29,601 nt of DNA from an uncultured Candidatus Saccharibacteria bacterium (lineage in GTDB: Bacteria; Patescibacteriota; Minisyncoccia; UBA6257; Colwellbacteraceae). The stretch spans positions 1-29,601 of the forward strand of contig CAYMRK010000001.1 in assembly GCA_964392905.1 (NCBI GenBank). The letters run 5' to 3'. Position numbers and translations under genes: made by a program. The notes under the pieces were generated by a model that ran no database searches, had not been told where the DNA came from, and saw only the letters and a program-made list of their open reading frames with translations. Below, piece by piece: positions 1 through 10,336 of the stretch (positions within the stretch are counted from its first letter, which is position 1; every line of letters begins with the position of its first letter).

Positions 1-283
1 GTGTGGGAACTTGGAATTTCACAAGGGACTCAAGAACTGGGGTCTCCCTCCAGATCTTCACACTCTGTCCCACTTTAAGGTCACTAGTGAAGCTAATGGT
101 TCCATCAGGATTCTCTGTAAAGGTAGTGACCTCTACGTCGTCCACATGGACAACTAGCTCACTAAGGCTAGAGACATAAGGCATACCGCTGGGCGTGAGA
201 TCTGGGGCCACGAAGTTGTTAACCCCAGCACCATCGACTCCAGCGATATACTCTAGGTATGTATCTACTGCTGGGATTCTCAT
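1..283 (-). CDS. gp17: Tail fibre/tailspike, N-terminal part (T7 gp17-like anchor domain); runs off the window edge
   Basis: Not in the ORF track. Its ATG (281-283) overlaps the gp16 stop (ATGA). Hand translation MRIPAVDTYLEYIAG...LVVHVDDVEVTTFTENPDGTISFTSDLKVGQSVKIWRETPVLESLVKF is open to the edge and fits the gp17 N-terminal pattern (V.V.vd...i.f...G..v.I.R.T...v.F). Position after the largest internal virion protein agrees. Confidence 0.8.
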   Translation of the reverse strand, partial: MRIPAVDTYLEYIAGVDGAGVNNFVAPDLTPSGMPYVSSLSELVVHVDDVEVTTFTENPDGTISFTSDLKVGQSVKIWRETPVLESLVKFQVPT

Positions 284-3200
284 TCGAGACCTCCTTTGTC
301 TAACAGGCGTTTAGCTGTGGGATCTTTACGGATTAGACGAGTGACATCCTTGGATATACCACCAAGGATTCTATCGAGTAGCGCCTTCTTTTTCTCAGGC
401 TCTCTGGTTTCCCTGAGAGACTTGAGTAGCTGAGGTGCCACACGCTTCACTCGTTCACCATGAAGCTTCTCAGCTTTATACGCTAGGTTCTGTTCCTCAG
501 GTGTATTCCCTAGTTTCACTCCACCAATTGAAGTTCTCTTACTAAGGTACCCTGACATGTTATAGCCAGCGAGTTCAGCCTCTTGCATCAAGGGATCACT
601 CTGGATCTCGCCGGGCCTATACTGCTTAGGTTCACCATAGATATCCAAGACCGGACGGGTTCTATCTGGATCACCTAGGCCACTATAAATAGCAGCCAGT
701 GTACTGTCGATTGGCCCATTGTAAGCCCTCTGGTAATCATCGGAAGCCTTGCCTACAGTTCTGAAGAATGCTGGGTAACTTCTGGTCACTACCTCTTCCA
801 TGTACTTAGATACCTTAGTGCTAATGGCTTCAGGAGATCGGAAGGAACCACAGATACTCATGAAGTCGTCGATCTGACTTGGGGTAGCATTGGCTAAAGC
901 TGAGTACATCATGTAGCCCACGCCCTCGATAATCCCAAGCTCATCTTCAGTAGCATTACCCCTCCGCTGTACGATATCTGAGATATCCTTATAGAGACCG
1001 AGGGATAACTTGAAGAGACCAAAACGCTCCATGTCTACGAATTGACCAGTAGATCTATTGTAGATACCGTAGGGTCGAATGTTTTGGGCACTCTTGGCTG
1101 CCATACTTGAGTCAAACTTACCGGAGCCTATGATGTCCCATCCTGAGGCCTGAAGTGTGCCAATGGCAGCCGTGGTCATCATCAGCCCTGCTGTTATTCG
1201 CCCAGCTATATCAGACATCTGGCGAACAGTCGTGGAGTCCATGGGAATTCCCTTTGTGGAATACTCCAGCCATCTAAAGAACACCTCACGATCGGCCTTC
1301 ACCGTCAGGAGCGCGAGGGGCGAGTGGCGAACCACATGCCTAGCAGCTACCATAGGTGTTCTGAAGATCGGGAAGACGAGTTTACCAAAGGTAGAGTCGC
1401 TGTGGAGATCCATTAACTTCTGAGTCCAGCTGTCCTTAGGAAGTCTGGAGGTCATTGTGTAGTCCCGGGCTCTCATCAGAGCGCCCTCTCGTATCTCAGA
1501 CATTATCGTCTGGTCACCTCTGACCTTTAGGATAAACTCCTGAAGAGCGTCAGGGCGCTTAGCTTTACGCGCCAGATCCAAGGCCTTCTCTACCACCAGC
1601 TTATTCTCATAACCACCAAAGAGCAGCTGCTTAAAGAAGGTGTCTGGGGCAACAGTGAGGTTCACGGGATCTACACCCACAAGTTTCATGAGACTATTGA
1701 AACCCCGTGTGATAATATTTGGGGCTTCAAGCCCCAGTTCTCTCTGGAGTATCGTCTGACTTTTATAGTCAAAGTACTCCTTGTTAGCTGTGGGATCTAT
1801 GCCCAAAGATTCACCAGAGGCTACCTTCTTGGCCTCGCGCCATGCGTCAGCAAAGTTATCTCGGATGCCCTGGAAGAACCCCTGTCTTCCGTAGATTGCT
1901 TCAGGCACCGAGTCTCCGACGCTAGACGCAAGTTTATTACTTATGACTTCGGATATCATGGAGCTTGTGAAACTAACGCTATCTTCAATCCAAGGCCAAG
2001 ACCAAGTTCTAGAGTTACTGAACATAGCAGAGAACTGCGCTTGGACAATAGCTTCGGTTAACTTAAGGTTCCCACCGACACCGTCTAAAAAGCTAGTGAT
2101 CCGTGGGCCCTTAAGCTCCTGTCCAGTGGACAGTTTATTGTAAATCAGACGAGCAGCATTAAGGGTATCGTCGGTACTTGTGATCTTGGCTAACATAGAG
2201 TCGGGCATCATACTCATGACGAAGCCTTTGTTAGCTAGAGCTGTAGCATTTAGGAAACGTTCAGAAGATACGTTGCCTCCAGCTCTCAAGTATTCAGTGA
2301 GCGCTCGTCTCTGGTTTATTACATTGATAAACTCAAAGTACTCTTTGGTAGTTGGGATTCCCTCTTTTGCAAGAAGGGACTTCATAGTGGAGTCCAGAGA
2401 ACCGAGAATACCTCTGACCGTATGGACTCTGGCTGAACGCCTCACGGCATCCTCTGTCATACCAAAGACCTCACGGTTTATCAAAAGCTCTCTGAGCATT
2501 CCGTCGTGTGCCTCCGTAGGCAACGTACGACCTGGGACTCCTTTGAAAACTTCGGCCACTTGATCCATCAGTCTCCCAAACTCTACGGCGTAGGTCTGAG
2601 GATTTATCAAATGATATCTTTCTACAGAGAAGCCTTTGTCTACTGGAGCACGGGGAAGGGCAGGATCTTGTAGGCTTAGCCGAAGGTCGTTCATTCCCTT
2701 CTCGGTGAACTTCATCGGGGAAGCACTAAAGTTACCAGTGACGTTAGGGTCTTTAAGAAGTTCCTCAAGACCAGCTTTTGAATCAAACAGGTAACTCTCA
2801 AGTTTCTTTACTGCGGATTCATAGAGCTTCACTTGTTCCGGTGGGAGAGATCCCGCGTTCTGCTTCAGTGTCTGAAGCGCTGAGTAGTAGACAGTAGTGA
2901 CCTGTTGGTTGGTCTTCTTAAGGGAAGATACAAAAGCGTCCCTATTGGCTATAGTCACTGCTGTTTCATCAAGCATCATTCGGGAGCTAATGGCCCCTGA
3001 GAGGGTAAACAACAGACCACCCATAGCTACATCCCTAAGATCGAACTTGCCGTCTCTAGTGATGTCTATACCTGAAGCATAAGTAGCTAGGGCTCCGCCG
3101 TAGAATCCCATCTTAGTCGAAAGCTTAATGGCTCCTTTAGCTAAGTCTATTGTGCCATCATAGGCCTTGCGTGCCAACTCAGGAATAATCTCTGCAGGAT

Positions 3201-5151
3201 TCAGTACGGCCCCCTTCTTACCAAGAAGCTTATTGACAGAGATCCCCTGTTTCTTCGCCATGTTCTGGGCGGCTACCTCATTGTAGACCCTCTGGTTTGT
3301 TACCTCTCCGGTGACCATGTTCAACACTTGGTCTTTCTGTGGGAGCCGTCCCTTTACTATAGCAATAAGATCATCAGCCTTTGTCCGCAGTTCCTCAACA
3401 GTTAACTGTAGTTCCTTAGCCAGAGATTCCATGGAAGCCTTTGATGTGGCCTTACCTCCAGTAATCTCTCCCTTGAAGGTCTGGAGAATCTTCTGTTGTG
3501 TTTCATCCACAGCCCTGATGGTACGAAAGTCTGAGGATTTACCGAAGTGTACATCCAGCGGTTCCTGCAGTCGAGCCTTGGGTTCTGGGACTTTCTTCGG
3601 GGCTCCTGCTTTCTTAGCTCTCAGGATATTTCTAGCGGGCACTTCAGCTAACTCTGGTGCTGTCTTCACAGCGTCATCTAGAGTTTTAACTACAGCTTCT
3701 GGTGCCTCATCAACGGCTTTAGCCAGAGTCTCTACAGCCTTAGATGCCTGCAGTTTTACCTTGAGATACTTAGCTTCAGGAGCTCCAGCCATATCAAGGA
3801 TAGGACGAGAGGTTGTTAGGGTCTCCGGCTCTATATTCTTAACGATAAAATCTGCGGCGACTTCTTCGACAACCTTAATATCCGGGATATCATCAAGCAT
3901 TTTGATCGCATCAACCACAGACTCCTCTACAAAGTCCCCCTTATAGAACACTAGTGTCTCTTCTGTGGAGGTCTTAGGAAGCCAGACCGCAGCATCATCC
4001 ACGATATCTCCAGTATCTACAGACTCAGTTCTCTTAAGAATATCCTCAAGAGCCTCATCGGCTGTGGGCACGCTCTTAGTTGCTTGCTCAGAGATATCGT
4101 CGGTTATTTTTCTAAAGAGCTCGACTTCTTTAGCTATCTGGCCCTCATCCACAGCAGTCGCGGGTCTGCCAAGAGCTCCAATGAGAAGGTTCACAAAGAG
4201 ACCTTCAGCTAGGTTAGCTCCGCGCTTTGTCAGCGGATCAGCCTTAGAGTACCAGTCAATAAAGCCACTGAAAGTCTCAGGCGCAAGAGCAGCTATAGTC
4301 ATCGGATCTGAGAACATTGTGGAACTCAGGTCTAATGAAGCCCCCTCAGCACTAAGGCGAAGCACTTTGGCTAAGCCCTCGTGAGACTTCAGGAAGGAAG
4401 CCCCCGCAGTTGCTGCTCGTGTCTCTCCAATTAGAGAACCAAGGGTAGCGCCCCCGACTCTAACTGCAGCGCCTGCAGCAGCCACATGGCTTAGGATCGC
4501 AGCCCCAAGAACAATAGTTCCAATATTTTCTACCAAAGGTAAGACAACACCCTCGGGCTTCTTATAGAAACCACCAAAGGATTTAATGGCTTCCTTGGTC
4601 TCTTCACTTAGGCCCTCCTTGTACTTATAGACAAGAGAATTAGCGTCGTCAAATAGGTCTGAACCTACGGCTTCTGCCATCCAATCTAGAGCTCTGAAGG
4701 CTCCGCTAGTGGCCTCAAGTCCAAAGTCAATACCACCAGAGACCACACCCAGTCCTGCACGAGAGATAGGATCTATAAGTGTGGCCTCACGAACCGAAGT
4801 TGCAATACTCTGGAAAACGCTTGGCTTCTGTGGGGTGTAGGCTTCAGGAATCTTCAGGGTAGCTGTGTCCTTGGGCTCCACGTTACCAAGTATATCGTCC
4901 TCTACAGTGCTTATGAGCTCCTCTTGAGAGAGCATCGGGTCTTCTGTGGCCAGTTCCCTAGACCTAAGGGCCATATAGGAACTCTCAAGGTACTCTGGAT
5001 TATCTGCGTAGTACAGGCGCTCCTCAGGAGTAAGACCGTTGACATACTTTTGAAAAGACATTGGTTCAGTTGGAGCCACAGGAGCTATGGCGGGCTCTTG
5101 TACTATCGGCTCATCACTGGGGACGGTGGGGATATCGGTGAGGTCTGCCAT
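280..5151 (-). CDS. gp16: Internal virion (ejection) protein D, gp16-like, 1623 aa
   Basis: Largest ORF, last of four genes between tail tubular B and tail fibre. Mostly helical. C-terminal VFPIFRTP segment resembles the FPFxRTP motif of podovirus gp16-like proteins. Confidence 0.75.
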   Translation of the reverse strand: MADLTDIPTVPSDEPIVQEPAIAPVAPTEPMSFQKYVNGLTPEERLYYADNPEYLESSYMALRSRELATEDPMLSQEELISTVEDDILGNVEPKDTATLKIPEAYTPQKPSVFQSIATSVREATLIDPISRAGLGVVSGGIDFGLEATSGAFRALDWMAEAVGSDLFDDANSLVYKYKEGLSEETKEAIKSFGGFYKKPEGVVLPLVENIGTIVLGAAILSHVAAAGAAVRVGGATLGSLIGETRAATAGASFLKSHEGLAKVLRLSAEGASLDLSSTMFSDPMTIAALAPETFSGFIDWYSKADPLTKRGANLAEGLFVNLLIGALGRPATAVDEGQIAKEVELFRKITDDISEQATKSVPTADEALEDILKRTESVDTGDIVDDAAVWLPKTSTEETLVFYKGDFVEESVVDAIKMLDDIPDIKVVEEVAADFIVKNIEPETLTTSRPILDMAGAPEAKYLKVKLQASKAVETLAKAVDEAPEAVVKTLDDAVKTAPELAEVPARNILRAKKAGAPKKVPEPKARLQEPLDVHFGKSSDFRTIRAVDETQQKILQTFKGEITGGKATSKASMESLAKELQLTVEELRTKADDLIAIVKGRLPQKDQVLNMVTGEVTNQRVYNEVAAQNMAKKQGISVNKLLGKKGAVLNPAEIIPELARKAYDGTIDLAKGAIKLSTKMGFYGGALATYASGIDITRDGKFDLRDVAMGGLLFTLSGAISSRMMLDETAVTIANRDAFVSSLKKTNQQVTTVYYSALQTLKQNAGSLPPEQVKLYESAVKKLESYLFDSKAGLEELLKDPNVTGNFSASPMKFTEKGMNDLRLSLQDPALPRAPVDKGFSVERYHLINPQTYAVEFGRLMDQVAEVFKGVPGRTLPTEAHDGMLRELLINREVFGMTEDAVRRSARVHTVRGILGSLDSTMKSLLAKEGIPTTKEYFEFINVINQRRALTEYLRAGGNVSSERFLNATALANKGFVMSMMPDSMLAKITSTDDTLNAARLIYNKLSTGQELKGPRITSFLDGVGGNLKLTEAIVQAQFSAMFSNSRTWSWPWIEDSVSFTSSMISEVISNKLASSVGDSVPEAIYGRQGFFQGIRDNFADAWREAKKVASGESLGIDPTANKEYFDYKSQTILQRELGLEAPNIITRGFNSLMKLVGVDPVNLTVAPDTFFKQLLFGGYENKLVVEKALDLARKAKRPDALQEFILKVRGDQTIMSEIREGALMRARDYTMTSRLPKDSWTQKLMDLHSDSTFGKLVFPIFRTPMVAARHVVRHSPLALLTVKADREVFFRWLEYSTKGIPMDSTTVRQMSDIAGRITAGLMMTTAAIGTLQASGWDIIGSGKFDSSMAAKSAQNIRPYGIYNRSTGQFVDMERFGLFKLSLGLYKDISDIVQRRGNATEDELGIIEGVGYMMYSALANATPSQIDDFMSICGSFRSPEAISTKVSKYMEEVVTRSYPAFFRTVGKASDDYQRAYNGPIDSTLAAIYSGLGDPDRTRPVLDIYGEPKQYRPGEIQSDPLMQEAELAGYNMSGYLSKRTSIGGVKLGNTPEEQNLAYKAEKLHGERVKRVAPQLLKSLRETREPEKKKALLDRILGGISKDVTRLIRKDPTAKRLLDKGGLE

Positions 5152-6986
5152 GATCTACCCTCGCTCCTATTCTTAAGTTGTTCATTAGCAATCTTTCGTT
5201 TTTGCATTATTCTATAAAGCTCTGCTTGAGCTTCATTATATTTACTTGAGCCTACTTTGTAGCGCTTAAGGTTTATAGCTGCCGTATTCTCTGCCTTAAG
5301 TTCCTGCTGTTCCTCAGGAGTAAAAACCCCAGACTCTATACGGGCTTCTCCAGCGCGCTCTTCGGTGAGGAACTTACGGTAGACTCCTCGGTATCTAGCT
5401 ATAGAACTCTTCATGATATCTGCAGGGATATCCTCGTAGACATTCGTAAACTCCTGAGAGAAGGTCTCCTCTATGTAATCCTTCTCAGAACCAGAGAGCC
5501 CAAGCTCATTAGATATCCTATTGAACGCATCAGAGTTCCGTTGCTTAGCCTCCCGCCTAACCTTACCTAAGTTCGCAGTGTCCCCTGAGATTGCGGCCTT
5601 GGCCCTTTGAGACAAAGTGTAGCGATAGGAGTCATCGTTTCTGTAGTCTGAGATTAGACCAGAGAGTTCATTGTAGGCTTCTTTGGTCATCCTGTTGTTG
5701 ATACTAGACTCTAGAAGCTCTTCATGAGTAAGCTGGCCGGTGACCGCTTGTCTCCTAAGGTTGTCCATGACGTCCAGAGGAACGCGAGAGAAAACTCCAG
5801 CGTCCCACACTCGTCCAAGGTCAACTAATAGGCCCATGCCTATGGTACCGTCGATATCGCCAGAAGCCATGGAGCTTTTGATCTCGGCGTGTACGCTCTC
5901 GAAGTCTCCATCCTTTGCTAAGCGCTGAGCGTATTGCCCTAGCTTATCGTCACGAACCTTAGCTTGATTCTTCTGGCGTACACCTTCGGCCATACCATTG
6001 AAGCGCTCAGTAGTAACCCGGAGATCCTCTATTGCCTTCTGTACTTCTGGAGTCTTCAGGCTAGACAGACGAATACCGTCGGCATCTGGGGCATCTACAG
6101 CCAGCAGGAGGGCATCGGCCATATCTTCTAGGTCTGTCAGACGATCAAAGGAATCTTCCTGACTGAGGGCCTGAGTCTGCTGCATACGTAGTTGATCCTT
6201 GAGATTATCAAGGACTACAACTACTGCCGTGTCTCTATCGAAACCAAACTTGTCCCGCCCGATTCTAGTGAGATCTGTGATTTCACCACGGAGCCTAAGG
6301 GTATCGGGAGTAGTTCCCATCCTAAGGGCTTCTTCCATACGTGGAGCCATTTCAGTGTTAAAGTGGTTATTAACAAACGAACTATAGTTATTAAACCTCT
6401 GCTTCTTCTCTTCAGCCTGCCAAAGGGCAATGCCCTCGACACGAGCCTCAAGCTTAGCTTGGGTTATAAACTTAGCGGCTCCCTCCATGTACGCTTGGTT
6501 AGCATCCGGGGGAAGGAACTCACTCATGATTCTTGTGGTCTCAGCGTCAACCCTTTGGCGCACATCGTCTGGGGTACCAATAGCTTCCTGAGAGATCCCA
6601 TAGTTACTCTCTTGTAGCCTGCGGCGCAGCTCAAGCATAGCCTCTTGGCCCTTGAGTATACCAAGTCCCTCATTGTAGCCCTGAGCTACACCGTAGTCCA
6701 ATAGACCTTGGCCTTCAATGGGTGGAAGACCCATCTGAGCTCTGACTCTATTCTCTACACGATTAGTTTCTTCAAAAGACTTCTCCATTGAGAAGAAGTC
6801 CTTAAGTGCTTTGTTGCCACTAGCTAAGGCCTCAGCCATCTGTCGAAGCTTCTCGCCTTCTCCAGATACTACAGGAGTCTCAGCAGCCACTACGGGCTCT
6901 GCCGTAGGCCTAAGCCCCGGCAGATTCCTATAGGACTCTTGCTGTGGCACGTAGCGCTTTTCTACTCTAGTTAACTGCTTTGCCAT
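5103..6986 (-). CDS. Internal virion protein C, gp15-like, 627 aa
   Basis: Synteny (between gp14-like and gp16-like genes), size and helical Q/E/R-rich composition. Confidence 0.65.
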   Translation of the reverse strand: MAKQLTRVEKRYVPQQESYRNLPGLRPTAEPVVAAETPVVSGEGEKLRQMAEALASGNKALKDFFSMEKSFEETNRVENRVRAQMGLPPIEGQGLLDYGVAQGYNEGLGILKGQEAMLELRRRLQESNYGISQEAIGTPDDVRQRVDAETTRIMSEFLPPDANQAYMEGAAKFITQAKLEARVEGIALWQAEEKKQRFNNYSSFVNNHFNTEMAPRMEEALRMGTTPDTLRLRGEITDLTRIGRDKFGFDRDTAVVVVLDNLKDQLRMQQTQALSQEDSFDRLTDLEDMADALLLAVDAPDADGIRLSSLKTPEVQKAIEDLRVTTERFNGMAEGVRQKNQAKVRDDKLGQYAQRLAKDGDFESVHAEIKSSMASGDIDGTIGMGLLVDLGRVWDAGVFSRVPLDVMDNLRRQAVTGQLTHEELLESSINNRMTKEAYNELSGLISDYRNDDSYRYTLSQRAKAAISGDTANLGKVRREAKQRNSDAFNRISNELGLSGSEKDYIEETFSQEFTNVYEDIPADIMKSSIARYRGVYRKFLTEERAGEARIESGVFTPEEQQELKAENTAAINLKRYKVGSSKYNEAQAELYRIMQKRKIANEQLKNRSEGRSWQTSPISPPSPVMSR

Positions 6987-6989
6987 AGC

Positions 6990-7586
6990 TTACTTCCAGA
7001 ATCCTAAGGCATCAACCTCAGGAGTCCCGGCCCTTTCGATTACTCTTGTACTACCTATAGAACCAGAGAACGCGGGTTCCAACATCTTACCTTGGGAGAA
7101 ACCAGAGACACCAGCGCTTATCAGCTGAAGAACTCCGGGCCCAGTAGTTGTACGCTGGTTCAGTAGTGACTGAGCTTCATTGATTCGACTCTGGCCTCGG
7201 ACTACAGCCCCGCGCTGCTCAATTATATTCTGGTTCTTAGACCACTCTTTAGAGGTCTCAAGAGTACCAATGTCTGCTTCTTGCTGTATAACAGAGGCCA
7301 CAGCGTCACGCACTGTAGTGCCTCCACCGACTCCTGCGTCAGCTATACGAGAGCTAATGGTCGCGCGCTCTCTAGCTCCCTGTCGGTAACGGCGGACTTG
7401 ATCCATAGTAATCTTTGTGGACTCTTGGAGACCACGAGTCTGAAGTAGCGCAAGATCACTAGCAGTCTGTCGCTGAGCCTGAAGAGCCATACCTTGAGCC
7501 TGCTCAGTGAGCTGGGCGTTGGTTCCTCTTATTTGTGCCAGGGTTGAAGCTACTTGTGTTAGCGCTAGTAGTGCGGCAAGGGACAT
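6990..7586 (-). CDS. Internal virion protein B, gp14-like, 198 aa
   Basis: Synteny; hydrophobic N-terminus, Ala/Gln-rich coiled coil and Gly-rich C-terminal segment, as in gp14-like ejection proteins. Confidence 0.7.
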   Translation of the reverse strand: MSLAALLALTQVASTLAQIRGTNAQLTEQAQGMALQAQRQTASDLALLQTRGLQESTKITMDQVRRYRQGARERATISSRIADAGVGGGTTVRDAVASVIQQEADIGTLETSKEWSKNQNIIEQRGAVVRGQSRINEAQSLLNQRTTTGPGVLQLISAGVSGFSQGKMLEPAFSGSIGSTRVIERAGTPEVDALGFWK

Positions 7587-8064
7587 TGGTTACTCCTTTC
7601 TTTGTGAATGTTAGACCGTGGGTATTAAAGGTATCAAACCCTAGGTACTTTAGAAACTTGCGATTCTTTTTGTTACACTTACAAGTACCACCAAAGAGCC
7701 GGTTTCTAGCGTGTAGCTGCCAGCCCCTAAGTATTTCCGTAGTAGCTCTTAGGAAAGCTCGGATGTTCCATGGTTTTCTTTGGAACCCAGTTCCTAGGAA
7801 CCATGGAGTCACTACGATTTCCCCGTTGTGTATTTGTTGGTAAGCTCCAGTGATACCTACGATTCGCTTAGTTGCGACATCAAGGAATACCCAACAAGAG
7901 TCAGACCCTATGAGCCAATCTAGAGCTATTTGATGTGGAGTGTACTTTAGATCCTTGAAAAGAGAGCTTGAAGTAAGTTCCTCCATGGATAGCTCATCGA
8001 AAGTCATAAGAACGAAACGGTTCATGTGTTTCTCATAGACAAATTCTTCAATAGTGAAATCCAT
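7504..8064 (-). CDS. Internal virion protein A, gp13-like (GNAT-like fold)
   Basis: Directly after tail tubular B. PWFLGT...FLR and KFLKYLGF segments resemble gp13/GNAT-like proteins. Confidence 0.6.
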   Translation of the reverse strand: MDFTIEEFVYEKHMNRFVLMTFDELSMEELTSSSLFKDLKYTPHQIALDWLIGSDSCWVFLDVATKRIVGITGAYQQIHNGEIVVTPWFLGTGFQRKPWNIRAFLRATTEILRGWQLHARNRLFGGTCKCNKKNRKFLKYLGFDTFNTHGLTFTKKGVTNVPCRTTSANTSSFNPGTNKRNQRPAH

Positions 8065-8067
8065 GGA

Positions 8068-10335
8068 TTAGCCCCAATCTCTAGATACATCTAGGTTATA
8101 GCTCACATTGTTTATTTGCACGGGGAAGTAACTCGTGCCCACAACGGATAACTTGGCGCGTCGAGCCGGTGCCATCACTGGTAGTCTGGTGGGTACTGGT
8201 GAATCATTGGAATTATCAGGAGAGACCTCAGAGTCCGTTGTCGTCAGTGGTACAATCTGGCGAGTCCTAGAGGGCAGTCCCTGTCCCTCGATGACAAAGG
8301 AAAACTCTCCACCTAACCAGTCGAACTGGATGTTCTCAATAGTTATCATGAGGTCATTTCTAGGAAGGCCGTTGTCATCCCGTATAACTAAAGGACTAAA
8401 CTCTAGTTCCCAGTCAATGATCTTGCCGGTGATTACATCTATGGGAACATCGGAATCTGTAGTTACAACTCCGGCGTCTGTGATGTCCAGCTGTTTCCCT
8501 GTGTCTGCGTTTATAGCGATAGAGCCAGAGCTTACAGACAAAGTGTCACCGTCGCCTACATTAGAATGTAGCTCATAGTAATCTAGAGCTATGTCTGTGT
8601 AGGATGCACTGGTGTCCATCTGAAGTATGGTAGCTGATGAAGTAACAAAGAGAACACTGGCGTCATCGGTGACGTGCACATAGGCTATGTTCTCGGGCAT
8701 CTCCCAAGAACTCCAAGCCATCTGAGTTAGCTGACCGTCTTCTCGCTTGTTAAACTTATAGATGTAAATTGTAGGTGTCCCCTTCTTATAGAAGAGAACT
8801 AGATGCTCCGAAGGAACATACAGCATTTGGGTTACATCACTAGGAATAAACCGTGGAACCGTAGAGCTCAAGAGGCTTCCCTCGGTGGCAATCTGCTGAT
8901 CGCTTAGTTTATACTCCAGTACACCAAGGTAAGGGGTGTGAGCCAGAGGCAACAGCAGACTCGCTGGAAGGGCAAGAGGTTCTAGTGTATTGACCAGAGA
9001 GTAACTTGTGGCCTCATCAATAGCCACAGTCTGTGGTGTAAGACTATCGTACCCACTGTGTAAGACATATTGTTTCCTTGGGCTCACTAGGATCAGTTGT
9101 TTACTGAAGGGTATAGCCCAGAGAAGTTCACTGAACTGAACGCTGGTGGGAAAGACAACGAGGGGGTCGCTGTCTAGGACTTCTGTAGCTGTATCAGGGA
9201 ACCAGTCGTAGTACTTCCCTACCTTAGACAGGGCCACATAGTTGTCACTAAGGAGTCCTAACCTGTTTCTATAGAACACTAGGTTATTCAGTGTCCGACC
9301 GACAAAGTCCGGCATCGGCGCGCTATTGGAGTCTCCTACTAGACGCCCTAGATCGTCATAGTCATCCACGTCGGAGAAAGACCACCCGGTGGCTGTGCTG
9401 TAGGTAAGTAAGTGGGGAAGCGTTGCTTTATTTAGTTTGTATCCATGGTTGGGACAGGCCGTCTCTACATAGGTAGCTCCATCAAACCTGACGTAGTACC
9501 CTTCAGATACTTGAAAGTAGGCATTTTGTAAGGGAGAAGGAGGAAGTGTCTCGTAAGACAGGGTTGTATTAACGAATGTCTGGGCTGCCCCATTAGGATC
9601 TATAGGCGCTGGGATTAGACTATAGCATCTAATTTCAAAATCAGAATTGGATGTAACGTGGAACGTAGGGGTCTGTGCCATAATGGTGGAGTCAGCCACC
9701 AGATAGACCATGTTGCTACCTATCCCGACTATTATAAAGCCCGCTGGGGCCGTAAGCCCTGTGGATATAGCGCTGCGGAGATCTGCTGTAGTATCTCCTG
9801 GAGCTATAGTTCCCGATGTGCTGTCCGACCAGAGACTTGCGCCTGTGGCGCTTTTACACTCAACTACAATCTCCCAGCTAAGCCCTTCGTATACCTGTGG
9901 TATATAGATCATAGCGGCTGTGCCTGGAGTAGGAGAAGGTGCCACGGACGAGGCTGTGACTGTCTTCTTCTTATTAAGAACAATCATTGTGTCTAGAATA
10001 GGAAGGGTCACAAGGTCAGAGCTGGTGGCTCCAGTGAGATACGTAGTGGGATCTGTGATAGTCACAAGTTCTGGAGTAAAAGGATCAAAGAGCCTCAGGT
10101 TGGTGCCATCCCAGTTGACAAACCAAGTGCGATCATCCGTAGTCTTAATGGTACCAATGATCCCATTCAAAGGGGAGGCCGATGTGCTAAGGAGCTCTGT
10201 TCCCCAGCGCGGCCCTCGGATACCCTCAAGCAAATCAAAGAGCACATTAGACGAACTCTCGTGTTGATTCTGGAGCCTGAGGTTTGGAGACTGCTGGCTT
10301 ATACCACCGTGTACTCCGGGTAGATTAAACTTCAT
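8068..10335 (-). CDS. gp12: Tail tubular protein B (nozzle), 755 aa
   Basis: N-terminal GGISQQ; PDFVGRTLNNLVFYRNRLGLLS and SKVGKYYDWF..T....DSDP segments typical of gp12; synteny. Confidence 0.92.
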   Translation of the reverse strand: MKFNLPGVHGGISQQSPNLRLQNQHESSSNVLFDLLEGIRGPRWGTELLSTSASPLNGIIGTIKTTDDRTWFVNWDGTNLRLFDPFTPELVTITDPTTYLTGATSSDLVTLPILDTMIVLNKKKTVTASSVAPSPTPGTAAMIYIPQVYEGLSWEIVVECKSATGASLWSDSTSGTIAPGDTTADLRSAISTGLTAPAGFIIVGIGSNMVYLVADSTIMAQTPTFHVTSNSDFEIRCYSLIPAPIDPNGAAQTFVNTTLSYETLPPSPLQNAYFQVSEGYYVRFDGATYVETACPNHGYKLNKATLPHLLTYSTATGWSFSDVDDYDDLGRLVGDSNSAPMPDFVGRTLNNLVFYRNRLGLLSDNYVALSKVGKYYDWFPDTATEVLDSDPLVVFPTSVQFSELLWAIPFSKQLILVSPRKQYVLHSGYDSLTPQTVAIDEATSYSLVNTLEPLALPASLLLPLAHTPYLGVLEYKLSDQQIATEGSLLSSTVPRFIPSDVTQMLYVPSEHLVLFYKKGTPTIYIYKFNKREDGQLTQMAWSSWEMPENIAYVHVTDDASVLFVTSSATILQMDTSASYTDIALDYYELHSNVGDGDTLSVSSGSIAINADTGKQLDITDAGVVTTDSDVPIDVITGKIIDWELEFSPLVIRDDNGLPRNDLMITIENIQFDWLGGEFSFVIEGQGLPSRTRQIVPLTTTDSEVSPDNSNDSPVPTRLPVMAPARRAKLSVVGTSYFPVQINNVSYNLDVSRDWG

Positions 10336-10336
10336 G

